Positions 1 to 10,051 of a DNA stretch of 64,000 bases are shown one piece after another; positions within the stretch are counted from its first letter, which is position 1; each line of letters begins with the position of its first letter. The stretch lies in assembly GCA_964577995.1 (NCBI GenBank), contig CAZOBP010000001.1, forward strand, positions 2,229 through 66,228, in the 5' to 3' direction. The stretch comes from an uncultured Anaerolineales bacterium (lineage in GTDB: Bacteria > Chloroflexota > Anaerolineae > UBA7937 > B3-Chlor). The notes beneath the pieces were generated by a model. It did not search any database and was not told where the DNA came from. It saw only the letters and a program-made list of their open reading frames with translations. A program made the translations under genes and the position numbers.

Positions 1-300
1 ACTACGATTCAAGGCCTCCCTCACGCGCTCGATGCCGGCCGAGGCGATGGAGTACCGGAATGCTCGCTCATCGAAGCCCCTGCTGCCGGTGATGCTCACC
101 AACTGCTCCCGCTTCAGGAAGGTAAGCGCCTCCTCCACCACTCCACTAAACGGGAGCCTCAGCTGCTCGGCGATGGCCTGACCACTCAGCTCCCCCACCG
201 AGTATATGGTCTTCAGAGCCAGGTCGCTCAAGAAGCCTCTGCTCATCCCCGTCTCATCAATGGTGCGGGGTTCGCTAAGCAGACTCCTGGCACCTTCCAT
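1..300 (-). CDS. Hypothetical protein, N-terminal ~100 aa only (gene runs off the left edge); winged-helix-like segment
   Basis: Minus-strand frame is open from ATG at 300-298 to position 1 (MEGARSLLSEPRTIDETGMSRGFLSDLALKTIYSVGELSGQAIAEQLRLPFSGVVEEALTFLKREQLVSITG...). A purine-rich SD-like run (AAAGGGGTGGGAG) lies just upstream, and a promoter at 338-366. Absent from the ORF track because it is truncated. Confidence 0.55.
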   Translation of the reverse strand, partial: MEGARSLLSEPRTIDETGMSRGFLSDLALKTIYSVGELSGQAIAEQLRLPFSGVVEEALTFLKREQLVSITGSRGFDERAFRYSIASAGIERVREALNRS

Positions 301-337
301 CTCCCACCCCTTTCAGTGCAGACAACGACTCCAGTGT

Positions 338-366
338 ATTGTAACCGATCCTGCCCCCCACGACAA
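338..366 (-). promoter_or_regulatory. Sigma70-like promoter TTGTCG-17-TACAAT for the 1..300 gene
   Basis: On the minus strand, TTGTCG is at 366-361 and TACAAT at 343-338, with a 17-nt spacer. It sits ~40 nt upstream of the ATG at 300. Confidence 0.4.
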
Positions 367-544
367 TGGCGCTGGCGGCCAGAGAGCGAGGGTTGGCCTT
401 CAGATCTGGCATCGAGCGTGTTATGCACAAGCACCTTCGAAGCTCGTTCTGGATATCGTCGGCGGTGAGCGACCCAACGGCGAGAAAACTGGAAATCACA
501 TCCCATCTATCTGGCTGCCTCTTGCAGCAACCCCTGCAGCACTG

Positions 545-573
545 TTGCTGCGCAGTTCCGCGTACGGTATAAT
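545..573 (+). promoter_or_regulatory. Sigma70-like promoter TTGCTG-17-TATAAT placed for a leaderless LCP mRNA
   Basis: TTGCTG is at 545-550 and TATAAT at 568-573, with a 17-nt spacer. The ATG of the LCP gene starts at 579, only 5 nt after the -10 element. Confidence 0.45.
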
Positions 574-578
574 ACCCA

Positions 579-1634
579 ATGACCATCTGCCCGTACTCGG
601 GCGGCAAGCGGCAGCAGCCTATGCCTCGACAGCAAAGACACTCCTACGTGGCCAGAGTGCTGGCAAGCACAGTCTACATCTTCTTTCTAGCCGGCGGCCT
701 CCTCTGTGCGTACCTGTTCTACGTCTCCGTACGGGACATTTTCGCCTTCTCGCCGCTCTCTCCGGGCGTCGATCTGCCGATCGATATCGATTCCGCTCCT
801 CGTTCAGATAGCGTGCCCGACTGGAGCCAGAAGGACCGTGTGAATATCCTACTCCTGGGGGTGGATCAGCGACCGGCCGAGGAGGGTCCCTGGCGCTCCG
901 ACACTATGATCGTCGCCACGGTCGATCCCAAGACCATGACAGCGGGGGCGATATCCATTCCGCGCGACTTGTACGTCGAGATCCCTGGCTATGGTGAGCA
1001 GCGCATCAACATGGCCCATTTCCTCGGCGACGCCTACGACTACCCGGGAGGCGGACCAGGGCTGGCCATGAAGACCATCGAGTACAATCTCGGCATACCC
1101 ATTCACTACTACGTTCGGGTCAACTTCCAGGGCTTCCGAGACGTCATCGACTACCTGGGTGGGATCACCATCAACGTGGAGGAGGAGATCTGGGACTACC
1201 AATACCCTGACGGGCAATACGGCTACACCACGGTGCACATAGCCCAGGGGACGCAATTGATGAACGGCCGCACGGCGTTACAGTATGCGCGCACGCGACA
1301 CGGCGGGACCGACTTCGATCGCCTGCGTCGCCAGCAGCAGGTACTCATGGCCGTGAGAGACAAGGCCTTGCGTCTCGATCTCCTGCCGAAGATACCGACG
1401 CTGGCTAGCACTATGGGCCACACCGTGAACACCAATCTCCAGTTGGGTGAGGTGATAACGCTGGCCCAGATCGCTGCGCAGATAGATGCGGAGGACATCC
1501 GTTTCGCGGTCATTGACGAAACCATGACCGTCCCCATCGTCCTCGACAATGGCGCCGACGTGCTCTTCCTCGAGCGTGATAAGATACGTGAGATCGTGGA
1601 CGAGATCTTCCGCTCTGACTCGCCCGGGGAATGA
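579..1634 (+). CDS. LytR-CpsA-Psr (LCP) family cell-envelope glycopolymer transferase
   Basis: N-terminal TM segment followed by LCP motifs: VNILLLGVDQR, RSDTMIVATVDP, ISIPRDLYVEIPG, NGRTALQYARTRH, DFDRLRRQQQVL. Confidence 0.85.
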   Translation: MTICPYSGGKRQQPMPRQQRHSYVARVLASTVYIFFLAGGLLCAYLFYVSVRDIFAFSPLSPGVDLPIDIDSAPRSDSVPDWSQKDRVNILLLGVDQRPAEEGPWRSDTMIVATVDPKTMTAGAISIPRDLYVEIPGYGEQRINMAHFLGDAYDYPGGGPGLAMKTIEYNLGIPIHYYVRVNFQGFRDVIDYLGGITINVEEEIWDYQYPDGQYGYTTVHIAQGTQLMNGRTALQYARTRHGGTDFDRLRRQQQVLMAVRDKALRLDLLPKIPTLASTMGHTVNTNLQLGEVITLAQIAAQIDAEDIRFAVIDETMTVPIVLDNGADVLFLERDKIREIVDEIFRSDSPGE

Positions 1635-1910
1635 TGAAGTCTTGCCGCGTGGTTATCCGTCGGCCCGAGTCCAGCTCCTCAGCGTCCACCAGCCCTGTAG
1701 GCCCCAGCGCCGACACACAAGCAGAGCACCAGCGCCACGAATAGCCGGGCAACGAAGTCGCCTGACAGAGCACTCTGGAAGAAACTGCGGCACGACCTCG
1801 CCGTCAGAAAGCCCAATACTATCGCTGTCGCGAGGCACCAACACGAAGGGAAGGGAATCACAGACGCAAAGCGTCAGCCGAGGCCAAGCCTTCAGGACAT
1901 CAGTTCTGGG

Positions 1911-2684
1911 TCACGAGTTCGCCTTGAAGTCCATGCGCACCGAGTTCAAGTTGCAGCCATTGTTAGTCGTCGTGGTGAAGGTAACCGTGGGAGACACACC
2001 CACACCACCTTGGACGACCTGACAGTTCCAGGTCGCATCCCGGGGCTCGTCGTATAGATACACCTCCCACCCAGCCGAGCCATACTCTGGATGCTGACCG
2101 GAAACACCCGTCCCCTCCCATCCTCCGCTCCAGCATCTGACCGTGACACCCGGCACGGGCACGCCCTGGGCATCATACACCTGTCCACCCACACCCAGCC
2201 AGCTACAGCCGGCGTCATTCTTGTCATTGGGCAGCATGTAGGTGTAACCGTGCTGCTCATACGGCCACGGCGTGGGGCTCGGCGTGGGCGTACGAGTTGA
2301 TGTTGCCGTGGGAGGCGGAGCCGGCGTCCTCGTAGCTGTAGAGGTGAAGGTAGGGGTCGGCGTATCCGTCGGAGTAGGAGTAATCGTGGGCGTATCCGTG
2401 GGCAGGGGTGTCTCCGTAGGTGTGGCCGTGTGAGTAGGAGTCCATGTCGGTGGAAAAGTGGGTACACCTTCTTCGTCCGAAGCTGTAGGTGTTGCGGAGG
2501 CAATTGCCACCTCTCGAGGTGGAGGAAACGGGTTCAAGGGCATGCGTGGATTGATGAAAATGGTCAAGTAGCAGAGGCAGGTCATGAGAGTAAGCGCGAG
2601 AATGAAGACGGTTACCAACAGAGCCACCCTGTCGCTTATCCGACTCAGCATCTCCCCGTACCCCCTTTTCGCGGAGCTGGCCAT
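1911..2684 (-). CDS. Membrane-anchored protein: TM, Pro/Thr-rich linker, Cys-containing C-terminal beta-sandwich-like domain (paralog of 10052..10717)
   Basis: One N-terminal TM ([24 protein letters not shown]). Long linker of the form TPTxTPTPT. C-terminal [23 protein letters not shown]...C..N.VRMDF is shared with the 10052 gene. Confidence 0.7.
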   Translation of the reverse strand: MASSAKRGYGEMLSRISDRVALLVTVFILALTLMTCLCYLTIFINPRMPLNPFPPPREVAIASATPTASDEEGVPTFPPTWTPTHTATPTETPLPTDTPTITPTPTDTPTPTFTSTATRTPAPPPTATSTRTPTPSPTPWPYEQHGYTYMLPNDKNDAGCSWLGVGGQVYDAQGVPVPGVTVRCWSGGWEGTGVSGQHPEYGSAGWEVYLYDEPRDATWNCQVVQGGVGVSPTVTFTTTTNNGCNLNSVRMDFKANS

Positions 2685-2698
2685 CCGCCAGCGATCGG

Positions 2699-4087
2699 CT
2701 ATTCAGTCCATGCCAGACTGAAAACCGGTGTGGTATCCTCGTAGATGAACTCTGGATGTAGTGACGGATCCCCTGCTTCTGCCAGACTCGTGCTCACCTC
2801 CGACAACTGGGAGATCAGTTCTTCCTCCGGATAGTCAGGATAGAGACCGAGCCGCCCCTGTTCGATCTCGACACGCAGCACGTCAAACCAGGCCCGATCC
2901 TTAGCCATCTCATCGCCAAAGGTGTCGATTTGCTCTCCATAGATGGCATGCAGTTCCGCGCGTGCTGCGTTGAGTTCGGCTGCGATACCGGCCACGTCGT
3001 CCGACCACGCAGGCACGAGATCCAGGCCAAACCCTCCCAGCGACACTCTGTATTTGACCAGCAACCAGTCAACCCGCGTCTCTGCTATGCCTATCCTGAG
3101 GACCATGGACGATGCAGCCGCCAATTCATCCTCGTAGGCCGTGCGGCGCGCATTGTCCTCGTTGACCAGGGCTTGCGTGACATCCGTCACCAACTCCTGC
3201 GAGACAGCACTGACGTCGGGACTGGCCTGCAGCGCATCCCTGAGCTCTCGGACCGCCTCCATGCGCCTCTCTTCGTACGAGGCGACCATCGCCGCTGGCG
3301 GCGACGAGATCTGAGTCAGGAAGTTCGCTATCGGTTGCTCGGGGGTCATCGCCGATGTGGTCCCCGTCACATCCGTCGAGTACAATATCTCGGTCCGCAG
3401 GGAACTGCACTCCTCGGACATCTCCGCTCTACCCAGCTCAGAGTACCCGGTGGCCAGCAGGCCGAGTGCATCCGCCCGGTGAGGATCTCTCATGAAAGGG
3501 CTGTGCGAAGCCAGCACGAAAGCCTGATCATAGTTGAAGAGCGCTTCCTCTCGGTTGCCGGACTTCGCGAACCCCTCGCCGACTTCCAGGAAGGAACCGG
3601 CCCTCCCATAGTCCGACAGAGTCGGGCTCAAGACCGATATCAAGCTCGCCTGCCGATAGCAGAGCTGAGCCCGTAAGTTGTCTCCCTCTGCTGCGTACGC
3701 CTGACCGAGCAGCAAGAGGTTCCCCACTTGCTCTCTGTCTATCAATTGGGTGCTGAAAAGCACAGTGGCATACGTTGTCTCCAGATCGCCTTGGGCCAAA
3801 GACTGGTTGAGTACCTCGAGATCACTCACGCCTGCCAGCGTTGCCAGGGCAGCGGCGGGATCGATCTTTTTCGGCAGCAGATGGTCAACCGCGTAGGACC
3901 CACCAGGAGACGCAGTGACGCGAAGATAAAGATAGGCTCCACCACTGGCCACGCCAATAAGAACCAGTAGTGCCAGAAGCCCGAGAATGCCTCTCAGGAG
4001 ACACGTTCGTCTCGAGCCAGCATATCCACCTAGCACCATCCTAGACTCCACCTCGTTCAACACTGGGGCGTACCACATTCGCCCCAC
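2699..4087 (-). CDS. Hypothetical membrane-anchored protein with TPR-like helical repeats
   Basis: 462-aa ORF with an N-terminal TM ([21 protein letters not shown]) and helical repeat-like segments ([43 protein letters not shown]). No family recognised. Confidence 0.6.
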   Translation of the reverse strand: MGRMWYAPVLNEVESRMVLGGYAGSRRTCLLRGILGLLALLVLIGVASGGAYLYLRVTASPGGSYAVDHLLPKKIDPAAALATLAGVSDLEVLNQSLAQGDLETTYATVLFSTQLIDREQVGNLLLLGQAYAAEGDNLRAQLCYRQASLISVLSPTLSDYGRAGSFLEVGEGFAKSGNREEALFNYDQAFVLASHSPFMRDPHRADALGLLATGYSELGRAEMSEECSSLRTEILYSTDVTGTTSAMTPEQPIANFLTQISSPPAAMVASYEERRMEAVRELRDALQASPDVSAVSQELVTDVTQALVNEDNARRTAYEDELAAASSMVLRIGIAETRVDWLLVKYRVSLGGFGLDLVPAWSDDVAGIAAELNAARAELHAIYGEQIDTFGDEMAKDRAWFDVLRVEIEQGRLGLYPDYPEEELISQLSEVSTSLAEAGDPSLHPEFIYEDTTPVFSLAWTE

Positions 4088-4166
4088 AGTATTCTAGTAT
4101 ATCAGAATCTACCACACTCTGTCTAGCGCAATGACAGGTGCAGCATCCGTTGTCACCCTTGTTCCT

Positions 4167-5066
4167 TCACTCGACGAATCGTTCGATACTGGCGCTTTCT
4201 CTTTGATCCTCCAACCACTGCATGAAAGTCTGTTGTCTGAGGCTCTCAAAGACCTCAACCGCAATTTCTCGCTCGTCTCTCTCCAGGACTTGTATGACGT
4301 GGAAGCCAAACTGAGACTCCACAATCCCGCTCATGTCGCCCACTTCCAGCCCGAACGCTACCTCCTCCACCTCGTCAGGCATCACGCCCCTGGGAAAGAA
4401 GCCCATGTCCCCACCTGTCTCCCGCGAACTGATGTCCTCCGAGTATTCCCGAGCCAGATACGCGAAATCCTCTCCTGTCTGAAGTCTGGCCAGCACCTCC
4501 TCGGCCATTTCTCTGGTCGGCAGCAGGATGTGCCGTGCGTGGACTTGCTCCGCCACCGAGTTGATGGACGCTGTGACAGAACTATATACGGCCTCGCTCA
4601 GCAGTTGGTCCAGAAGCATCTGCCGGAAGACGTCGTAAGTGGTGCCAGTGGCCTGCAACGATTGGTTGAACCCGTCTTCGCCTCCCGACTGCTCGACAAT
4701 GCCTTCTATGCTGGACTCCAGCTCCTCATCGGAGATGCTGATGCCCATCTCCACAGCCGCCTGTCTTATCAACTCCTGATCTATCATCTGCTCCAGGACT
4801 TGGCGGCGCGCCTGCGCTAGCCTCTCTCGCCCCTCTTCACTCTCAGCGTCGAGGCCTTCCTGTTCAAAGAAGGCCTCCACCTGCTCGACTTGGCTTTCAT
4901 ATTCCTCAGACGAGATTGGCTGTCCGTTGACCAAGGCCGCGAGACCTTCGACAGGGCTCGCCGTCGCTGCCGTCGTCGCCGATGGGATTGCCTCACTGGC
5001 ACAGCCGGCAGCCAGAGCAGTCGCGAACAAGAGCAGAACAAACGTGGACCACATGGGTTTCGCCAT
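4167..5066 (-). CDS. Parvulin-type peptidyl-prolyl isomerase lipoprotein (PrsA/SurA-like)
   Basis: Lipobox LAAGC after the signal peptide. PPIC rotamase motifs: HARHILL, FGFHVIQVLE. Start chosen at the internal ATG 5066, which has GGAAGGAG 8 nt upstream; the ORF extends to 5114. Confidence 0.8.
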   Translation of the reverse strand: MAKPMWSTFVLLLFATALAAGCASEAIPSATTAATASPVEGLAALVNGQPISSEEYESQVEQVEAFFEQEGLDAESEEGRERLAQARRQVLEQMIDQELIRQAAVEMGISISDEELESSIEGIVEQSGGEDGFNQSLQATGTTYDVFRQMLLDQLLSEAVYSSVTASINSVAEQVHARHILLPTREMAEEVLARLQTGEDFAYLAREYSEDISSRETGGDMGFFPRGVMPDEVEEVAFGLEVGDMSGIVESQFGFHVIQVLERDEREIAVEVFESLRQQTFMQWLEDQRESASIERFVE

Positions 5067-5329
5067 GCCACAGTCTCCTTCCATACAGCCAGGCTTCCAC
5101 CAAGCTATTATCACACGTCAGCAGGTTTTCTGCAACCACGCTGGAGAGGGGTCTCGAAGAACCCACTCGGGATAGCTCCACCGCAGAACTGAACTCCTGC
5201 GCTGGCTCTGGGAAACCGGCTTCAGCCGGTTCGGAAACAAGCTTCGTGCATGTTTCCCTCCGCCCCTAGCACCGGAGGTCCAACCCGAAACGCTGTGAGG
5301 ATCCTTTTTCCATACCCTCGTCCTTGCGT

Positions 5330-5358
5330 TTGACAAGCCTGAAACCGCAGGCTATAAT
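5330..5358 (+). promoter_or_regulatory. Perfect-consensus sigma70 promoter TTGACA-17-TATAAT
   Basis: TTGACA is at 5330-5335 and TATAAT at 5353-5358, with an exactly 17-nt spacer. It sits ~260 nt upstream of the 5618 CDS. Confidence 0.55.
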
Positions 5359-5522
5359 GCCGTGACATACGCTCCGAAGTCACCGGGGCCCGCCCTTCGC
5401 TCGGACGGACTTGCGGTCTCTCGGCAATAGGTCAATGGCGTGCTGCGAGGAGCCTTTGGCGGCTCCAACAGAATGGTCGAAGCACAGCCTGTAGACTGGG
5501 AGATGTGTAAGCTGGATCACAT

Positions 5523-5551
5523 TTGCTGAAGGGAATTGGTTATGATAGAAT
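5523..5551 (+). promoter_or_regulatory. Second promoter candidate TTGCTG-17-TAGAAT proximal to the 5618 CDS
   Basis: TTGCTG is at 5523-5528 and TAGAAT at 5546-5551. AAAGGAG lies at 5608-5614, ahead of ATG 5618/5627. Confidence 0.4.
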
Positions 5552-5617
5552 ACTCTTCAACCAGCCTATGAGTGCTACGACTCTTGCAGCACACCCTATT
5601 GCGGCTGAAAGGAGCTG

Positions 5618-8539
5618 ATGTTTTCTATGGAACAAGGGATGAATCCCGCGTTTCTAAGAAGCTTAGAGACAATGCTGGAAAGCAGGTGGCCCGGACGGAT
5701 CCTGGTCTTCGCGGTGATTCCGGCCCTTTTCATCGCGACCCTGGTCCTTCCCCCAGTGGCCCTGCCCGAACGTGTCCTTTCTGCGGGCTATGCTACCTTC
5801 ACCAAGGCCGGAGGCTCTCTTCTGGACCCCGATGGCACTCAGTTGACGATACCTCCAGGGGCGGTATCTGGCAAAGCTCAACTCCGATTCTCGTCCATCC
5901 CTCGAGCCGACTTCCTGGCAGGAACCGCGGGAGACCCGAGTATCGCCCAGGCAATTCCCACGTACCTGGAAATGAAGAGTCCTCTGTATGCTATCTCCGC
6001 CAGAGGCGAGACGCCGAAGGAGATCACCCTCTCCGTACCCATCCCCAACGATGCAGAACCCCTCAGTTCATTAGACGTGTACGCCTGGACAGGGCGTGAA
6101 TGGCAGTGGGTTCCCAAGACAATCCTCTTGGAGGATGATCTTGTGGAATCGACCCTCACCTCCATTCCTGGCGCAGTGGCTGTCATGCAGACAAGTGCCC
6201 TCGTGCCCTCGGTTTCCGCTCCCTTGGAGGCGGGCGCTGTCCTTCCAACAGAGGCCAGGGGGGTCCTTGTTGAGGTCGAGGCTGAGTCGCTGCCCGTCCA
6301 GAGTGACGGTATCGATGGCAATACTACGGTGTTTGCTGCAAGCGGGCTCCTGGAACAACCCGGAGAAGGCACCTCCTACATAGTCCTCCCCGCACTGAGC
6401 AACGAGATGGAAGGCACCATCAGGAGTGACCTGGTGAACAACATCCTGGTCAACGAGGAGCTCCGCCAGAACCACGTGAGCGACATCGTAGACCTGGTTG
6501 TCCAGAACATGTACCCGGGAGTCAATCTCGACTATCGCGGTTTGGAACCAGCTTTGAGAGAGAACTTCACGGCCTTCGTGTTGGAGCTAGGCGAGGCACT
6601 CCACGCCAATCACAAGCTCCTGGCGATCACCGTGCAAACGCCGACTCGAATAGCCGAAGATCGGTGGGACACCGGAGTCTACGATTGGCAGGCCATTGGT
6701 CAGGCCGTTGACACTTTCAAGCTTCCCGCCCTGGCGCGCCCCGACGCCTACAGATCCGGAGGCCAGATGGACGCGCTGCTCGGCTATGCGGTCGACAACG
6801 TTGACAGGTACAAGATCCAGATCGTGCTCCCCAGCTACAGCACCGACTGGGTAGGGGACGCGTTTACCCCAAGATCCTACGCTGAAACCCTGCAATTGCT
6901 GGGTGGCAGTCTGATCCTAGCAGAAGACAGGCAGACCTTTGCACCTGGTGAGGTAGTCACCGTGCAACTGGCAGGGGCACCATCCTCTGTCAGCTTCGAC
7001 GACCACTCGCAGTACTACTGGTTCACATACACCGACGACAGGGACGAACACACCGTCTGGCTGGAGAACGCCACGAGCTTGGCACACAAGCTCGACCTGG
7101 TAAGCTTGCACAATCTCAAGGGAGTCAGCGTCGAAGGCCTTCTCGCCGAAGGGATCGACGAACGAATGTGGGAAGTCCTACAAGAGTACCTCAATTCGGT
7201 GACACCGACGGCCGATACTCAGTTCGCCGTGCTGTGGACGGTCGAGAGTGCAGTAGGAGCGAGCCTATCCCAAGAGGTTAGATCTCTGTCCGAACCGGTC
7301 TTCGCCTGGACCGCCCCTGACGAAGGGGGTGAGTACTCCATCTCCGCGGTCATCTCGGCCGATGGCGGCGAGACCGCGGGAACCGAGGGCGGGCGGGTCT
7401 CGTTCACCATCGCCACCCCGACTCCAACACCTGAGCCGACCGCGACGCCTACCCCTACCCCCAGGTCCACAAGCGGTACGTCCCAGCCCGCCCCTACGCC
7501 AGTACCGGTGTCGGCCCCCGCCGTTGCCGGCACAGGCTTCGGCTACGGCGCACAGTTGGCTCGCGTGAACTCAACCACCCTCGGGCACATGAACGCCCTG
7601 GGTTTCCAGTGGGTCAAGCTTCAGATCCGGTGGGAATCCCAAGAGCCGTCCCCTGGAGCCATCGATTGGGGCACTCTCGATGGAGTGGTATCACTCGCCA
7701 ACGGATCGGGAAAGAAACTCCTCTTCTCCGTAGTGACTACGCCAAGCTGGGCACGGGCCAGGACGGAGGGCGAGGGACCGCCCGACGATCCGTCCACGCT
7801 GGGCAACTTCGTCGGAGCCATAGCCGAGCGCTACTGTGGCAAGGTGCAGGCCATCGAAGTGTGGAACGAGCAGAACCTGCTAACCGAGTGGAACACGGGC
7901 AGGGGCATCAATGCCCAGGAGTATATGGATCTGCTCAAGATCGCGTATCGTAGGATCAAGAACGCGTGTCCCGGCATGATCGTCGTGTCCGGCGCTCCGA
8001 CCCCAACGGGCCTGAGCGACGGCTGGACAGCCGTTGACGACGCCGAGTACCTGCGCCGGATGTACAACAACGGGCTCAAAGACGTCTGTGACGCAGTCGG
8101 TGTCCACCCCAGCGGCTTTGACAACCCGCCGGACGCCGATTGGCGCACGTGGAAAGACTCCTCTGGTTTCAACGGCCACCGTTCCTTCTTCTTCTACAAC
8201 ACCATCAAGTCCTACCACGATGTGATGGTGCAGAACGGGGACGGCAACAAGAGACTGTGGGCCACCGAGTTCGGGTGGGCCACGATCGACAACATGTCCG
8301 CCGCGCCGAATCCCGGCTACGAGTACGCGGCCACGAACACCGAGGCCACACAAGCGGACTACCTGGTGAAGGCCATGCAGATCGCCAAGCAGAGTGGCTA
8401 CATGGGAGTGATGTTCATCTGGAACCTCGACTTCTCCATAGAGACTGGCGGCGGTTGGGAGGGCTCGAAGTTCAGCCTCTTGAGGGCCGATGGAACCCCC
8501 AGACCAGCCTACACCGCGCTTGCCAAGATGGCCAAGTAG
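5618..8539 (+). CDS. Large multidomain envelope glycoside-hydrolase-like protein: TM, GH18-like domain lacking the catalytic Glu, Pro/Thr linker, C-terminal clan GH-A TIM-barrel hydrolase
   Basis: GH18-like block DIVDLVVQNMYPGVNLDYRG...LLAITV. C-terminal WVKLQIRWESQEP, IEVWNEQN (acid/base NE) and WATEFGWAT (nucleophile E). Clear paralogy with 8642..10042. Confidence 0.75.
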   Translation: MFSMEQGMNPAFLRSLETMLESRWPGRILVFAVIPALFIATLVLPPVALPERVLSAGYATFTKAGGSLLDPDGTQLTIPPGAVSGKAQLRFSSIPRADFLAGTAGDPSIAQAIPTYLEMKSPLYAISARGETPKEITLSVPIPNDAEPLSSLDVYAWTGREWQWVPKTILLEDDLVESTLTSIPGAVAVMQTSALVPSVSAPLEAGAVLPTEARGVLVEVEAESLPVQSDGIDGNTTVFAASGLLEQPGEGTSYIVLPALSNEMEGTIRSDLVNNILVNEELRQNHVSDIVDLVVQNMYPGVNLDYRGLEPALRENFTAFVLELGEALHANHKLLAITVQTPTRIAEDRWDTGVYDWQAIGQAVDTFKLPALARPDAYRSGGQMDALLGYAVDNVDRYKIQIVLPSYSTDWVGDAFTPRSYAETLQLLGGSLILAEDRQTFAPGEVVTVQLAGAPSSVSFDDHSQYYWFTYTDDRDEHTVWLENATSLAHKLDLVSLHNLKGVSVEGLLAEGIDERMWEVLQEYLNSVTPTADTQFAVLWTVESAVGASLSQEVRSLSEPVFAWTAPDEGGEYSISAVISADGGETAGTEGGRVSFTIATPTPTPEPTATPTPTPRSTSGTSQPAPTPVPVSAPAVAGTGFGYGAQLARVNSTTLGHMNALGFQWVKLQIRWESQEPSPGAIDWGTLDGVVSLANGSGKKLLFSVVTTPSWARARTEGEGPPDDPSTLGNFVGAIAERYCGKVQAIEVWNEQNLLTEWNTGRGINAQEYMDLLKIAYRRIKNACPGMIVVSGAPTPTGLSDGWTAVDDAEYLRRMYNNGLKDVCDAVGVHPSGFDNPPDADWRTWKDSSGFNGHRSFFFYNTIKSYHDVMVQNGDGNKRLWATEFGWATIDNMSAAPNPGYEYAATNTEATQADYLVKAMQIAKQSGYMGVMFIWNLDFSIETGGGWEGSKFSLLRADGTPRPAYTALAKMAK

Positions 8540-8566
8540 ACAGGAATCCATGGACACGTATGACTC

Positions 8567-8606
8567 GGAGCATGGGACCTCCCTGCCCATGCTCCATTTT
8601 TCTGTT
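8567..8606 (+). terminator. Rho-independent terminator after the 5618..8539 gene
   Basis: 10-bp perfect stem GGAGCATGGG (8567-8576) / CCCATGCTCC (8586-8595) with a 9-nt loop, followed by ATTTTTCTGTT. Confidence 0.7.
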
Positions 8607-8641
8607 GCGGGCCTGTTGAGATTGGGAAGATCTCCGCAGAG

Positions 8642-10042
8642 ATGTTGGAGAAGACCAGAATGGAAACGGAAGACTACTCAGTGAAAACGACGCCAAAGGG
8701 AAGACGGACTCTGAATTGGTTAGGTTGCGCAGCCTTGGCCATCTGCGTAGCACTCATCCTTGGCCTGATCGCGGGCGTAGCGGTCGCTAGCATGATGGGC
8801 CTGCTGCCCTGGCCAGGCCAGCCCGAAGCGACGCCCACGCCTCTACCTATCGTGACCCTCGAAGCGACCGCCTCGCCACAGGAGCCGACTGCGAGCCCAC
8901 AGTCGTCACCGACTGTGCTCTCCGAGACGCAAGTCCCGTCTTCCGACACCCCAGTGGCACCCGCTGCCGCATCCCCCACACCGGCCTCGCCCGGAACAGG
9001 CTTCGACTACGGCATCCAGGTTCACTTGTTCCACCTAGACGCAGGGTACACTTGTCAACTGGTCAACAACATGCAGTTCAGATGGATCAAGCACCAGATA
9101 GAGTGGAAGGAGTTCGAACCGTCGAAGGGCCAGTACCTCTGGGAGTCCATCGACGGTATTGTCGACGCCGCTGACCAGGCTGGCCTCAACACTCTGCTCA
9201 GTGTAGTGAAAGCGCCCGACTGGGCCAGGGGTGGCTACACAGAGGAAGATGGTCCACCAGCGGACTATGACGACTATGGCGACTTTGTGGGTGCTATGGC
9301 CGCACGTTACTGCGGAAGAGTCCAGGCCTACGAGATCTGGAACGAACAGAACCTCAAACGCGAATGGAACACCGGGAGGCCCTTGAGTGCTACGGAGTAC
9401 GTGGAGCTCCTGAGCGTGGCATATAATCGCATCAAGGCAGCGTGTCCCAGCGCTATTGTGGTGTCAGGCGGTCCCACGCCAGTGGGCTATACGAGTGACA
9501 CAGCCATAGACGATTTCGACTACCTTCGGCAGATGTACCAGGCAGGAGTGAGCGATTATTGCGATGCGGTCGGCGTGCATCCCAGCGGGTTCAACAACCC
9601 GCCAGATTGGCGCTATCCGCCGGCGTACAGCGAGCCCGGCATGACGTCACCGGGCCACACCAAGAACCGCCAGTTCTACTTCCTTAACACCATCGAGGGA
9701 TACCACGACATCATGGTCTCCTTTGGCGACGGCAACCGGAAGCTGTGGGCCACCGAGTTCGGCTGGGCGTCCATCAAGAACCTCACCGACAAGCCCAACG
9801 AAGCATACGAATACGCAGCGGACAACACCGAGTTGGAGCAGGCTGAGTACCTGGTCAGAGCCCTTCAGATAGCCCGGGAGAAGGGATACATGGGCGTGAT
9901 GTTTGTGTGGAACCTCAATTTCGCGCCCGCAAGAGGGGCCGGCGACGAGCGGGCCGCTTTCGGCATCCTGCGGGAGGACTGGTCCGAGAGGCTCGCCTAT
10001 CAGACACTGGCGGCGGCTAGGGCGATGGGAGATCTGCCGTAA
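8642..10042 (+). CDS. Membrane-anchored clan GH-A (GH5/GH39-like) glycoside hydrolase, paralog of the C-terminal domain of 5618..8539
   Basis: TM and Pro-rich linker, then FRWIKHQIEWKEFEP, YEIWNEQN, WATEFGWAS, MGVMFVWNLNF. Collinear with the upstream protein. Confidence 0.8.
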   Translation: MLEKTRMETEDYSVKTTPKGRRTLNWLGCAALAICVALILGLIAGVAVASMMGLLPWPGQPEATPTPLPIVTLEATASPQEPTASPQSSPTVLSETQVPSSDTPVAPAAASPTPASPGTGFDYGIQVHLFHLDAGYTCQLVNNMQFRWIKHQIEWKEFEPSKGQYLWESIDGIVDAADQAGLNTLLSVVKAPDWARGGYTEEDGPPADYDDYGDFVGAMAARYCGRVQAYEIWNEQNLKREWNTGRPLSATEYVELLSVAYNRIKAACPSAIVVSGGPTPVGYTSDTAIDDFDYLRQMYQAGVSDYCDAVGVHPSGFNNPPDWRYPPAYSEPGMTSPGHTKNRQFYFLNTIEGYHDIMVSFGDGNRKLWATEFGWASIKNLTDKPNEAYEYAADNTELEQAEYLVRALQIAREKGYMGVMFVWNLNFAPARGAGDERAAFGILREDWSERLAYQTLAAARAMGDLP

Positions 10043-10051
10043 CTGGCCGTT

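Noticed and set aside
1679-1861. 60-codon hydrophobic ORF (two predicted TM segments, Cys-rich) in the convergent gap after the LCP gene.
   Set aside because: It has a GTG start with no SD or promoter and lies in a terminator region. This is not enough evidence to call it a gene.
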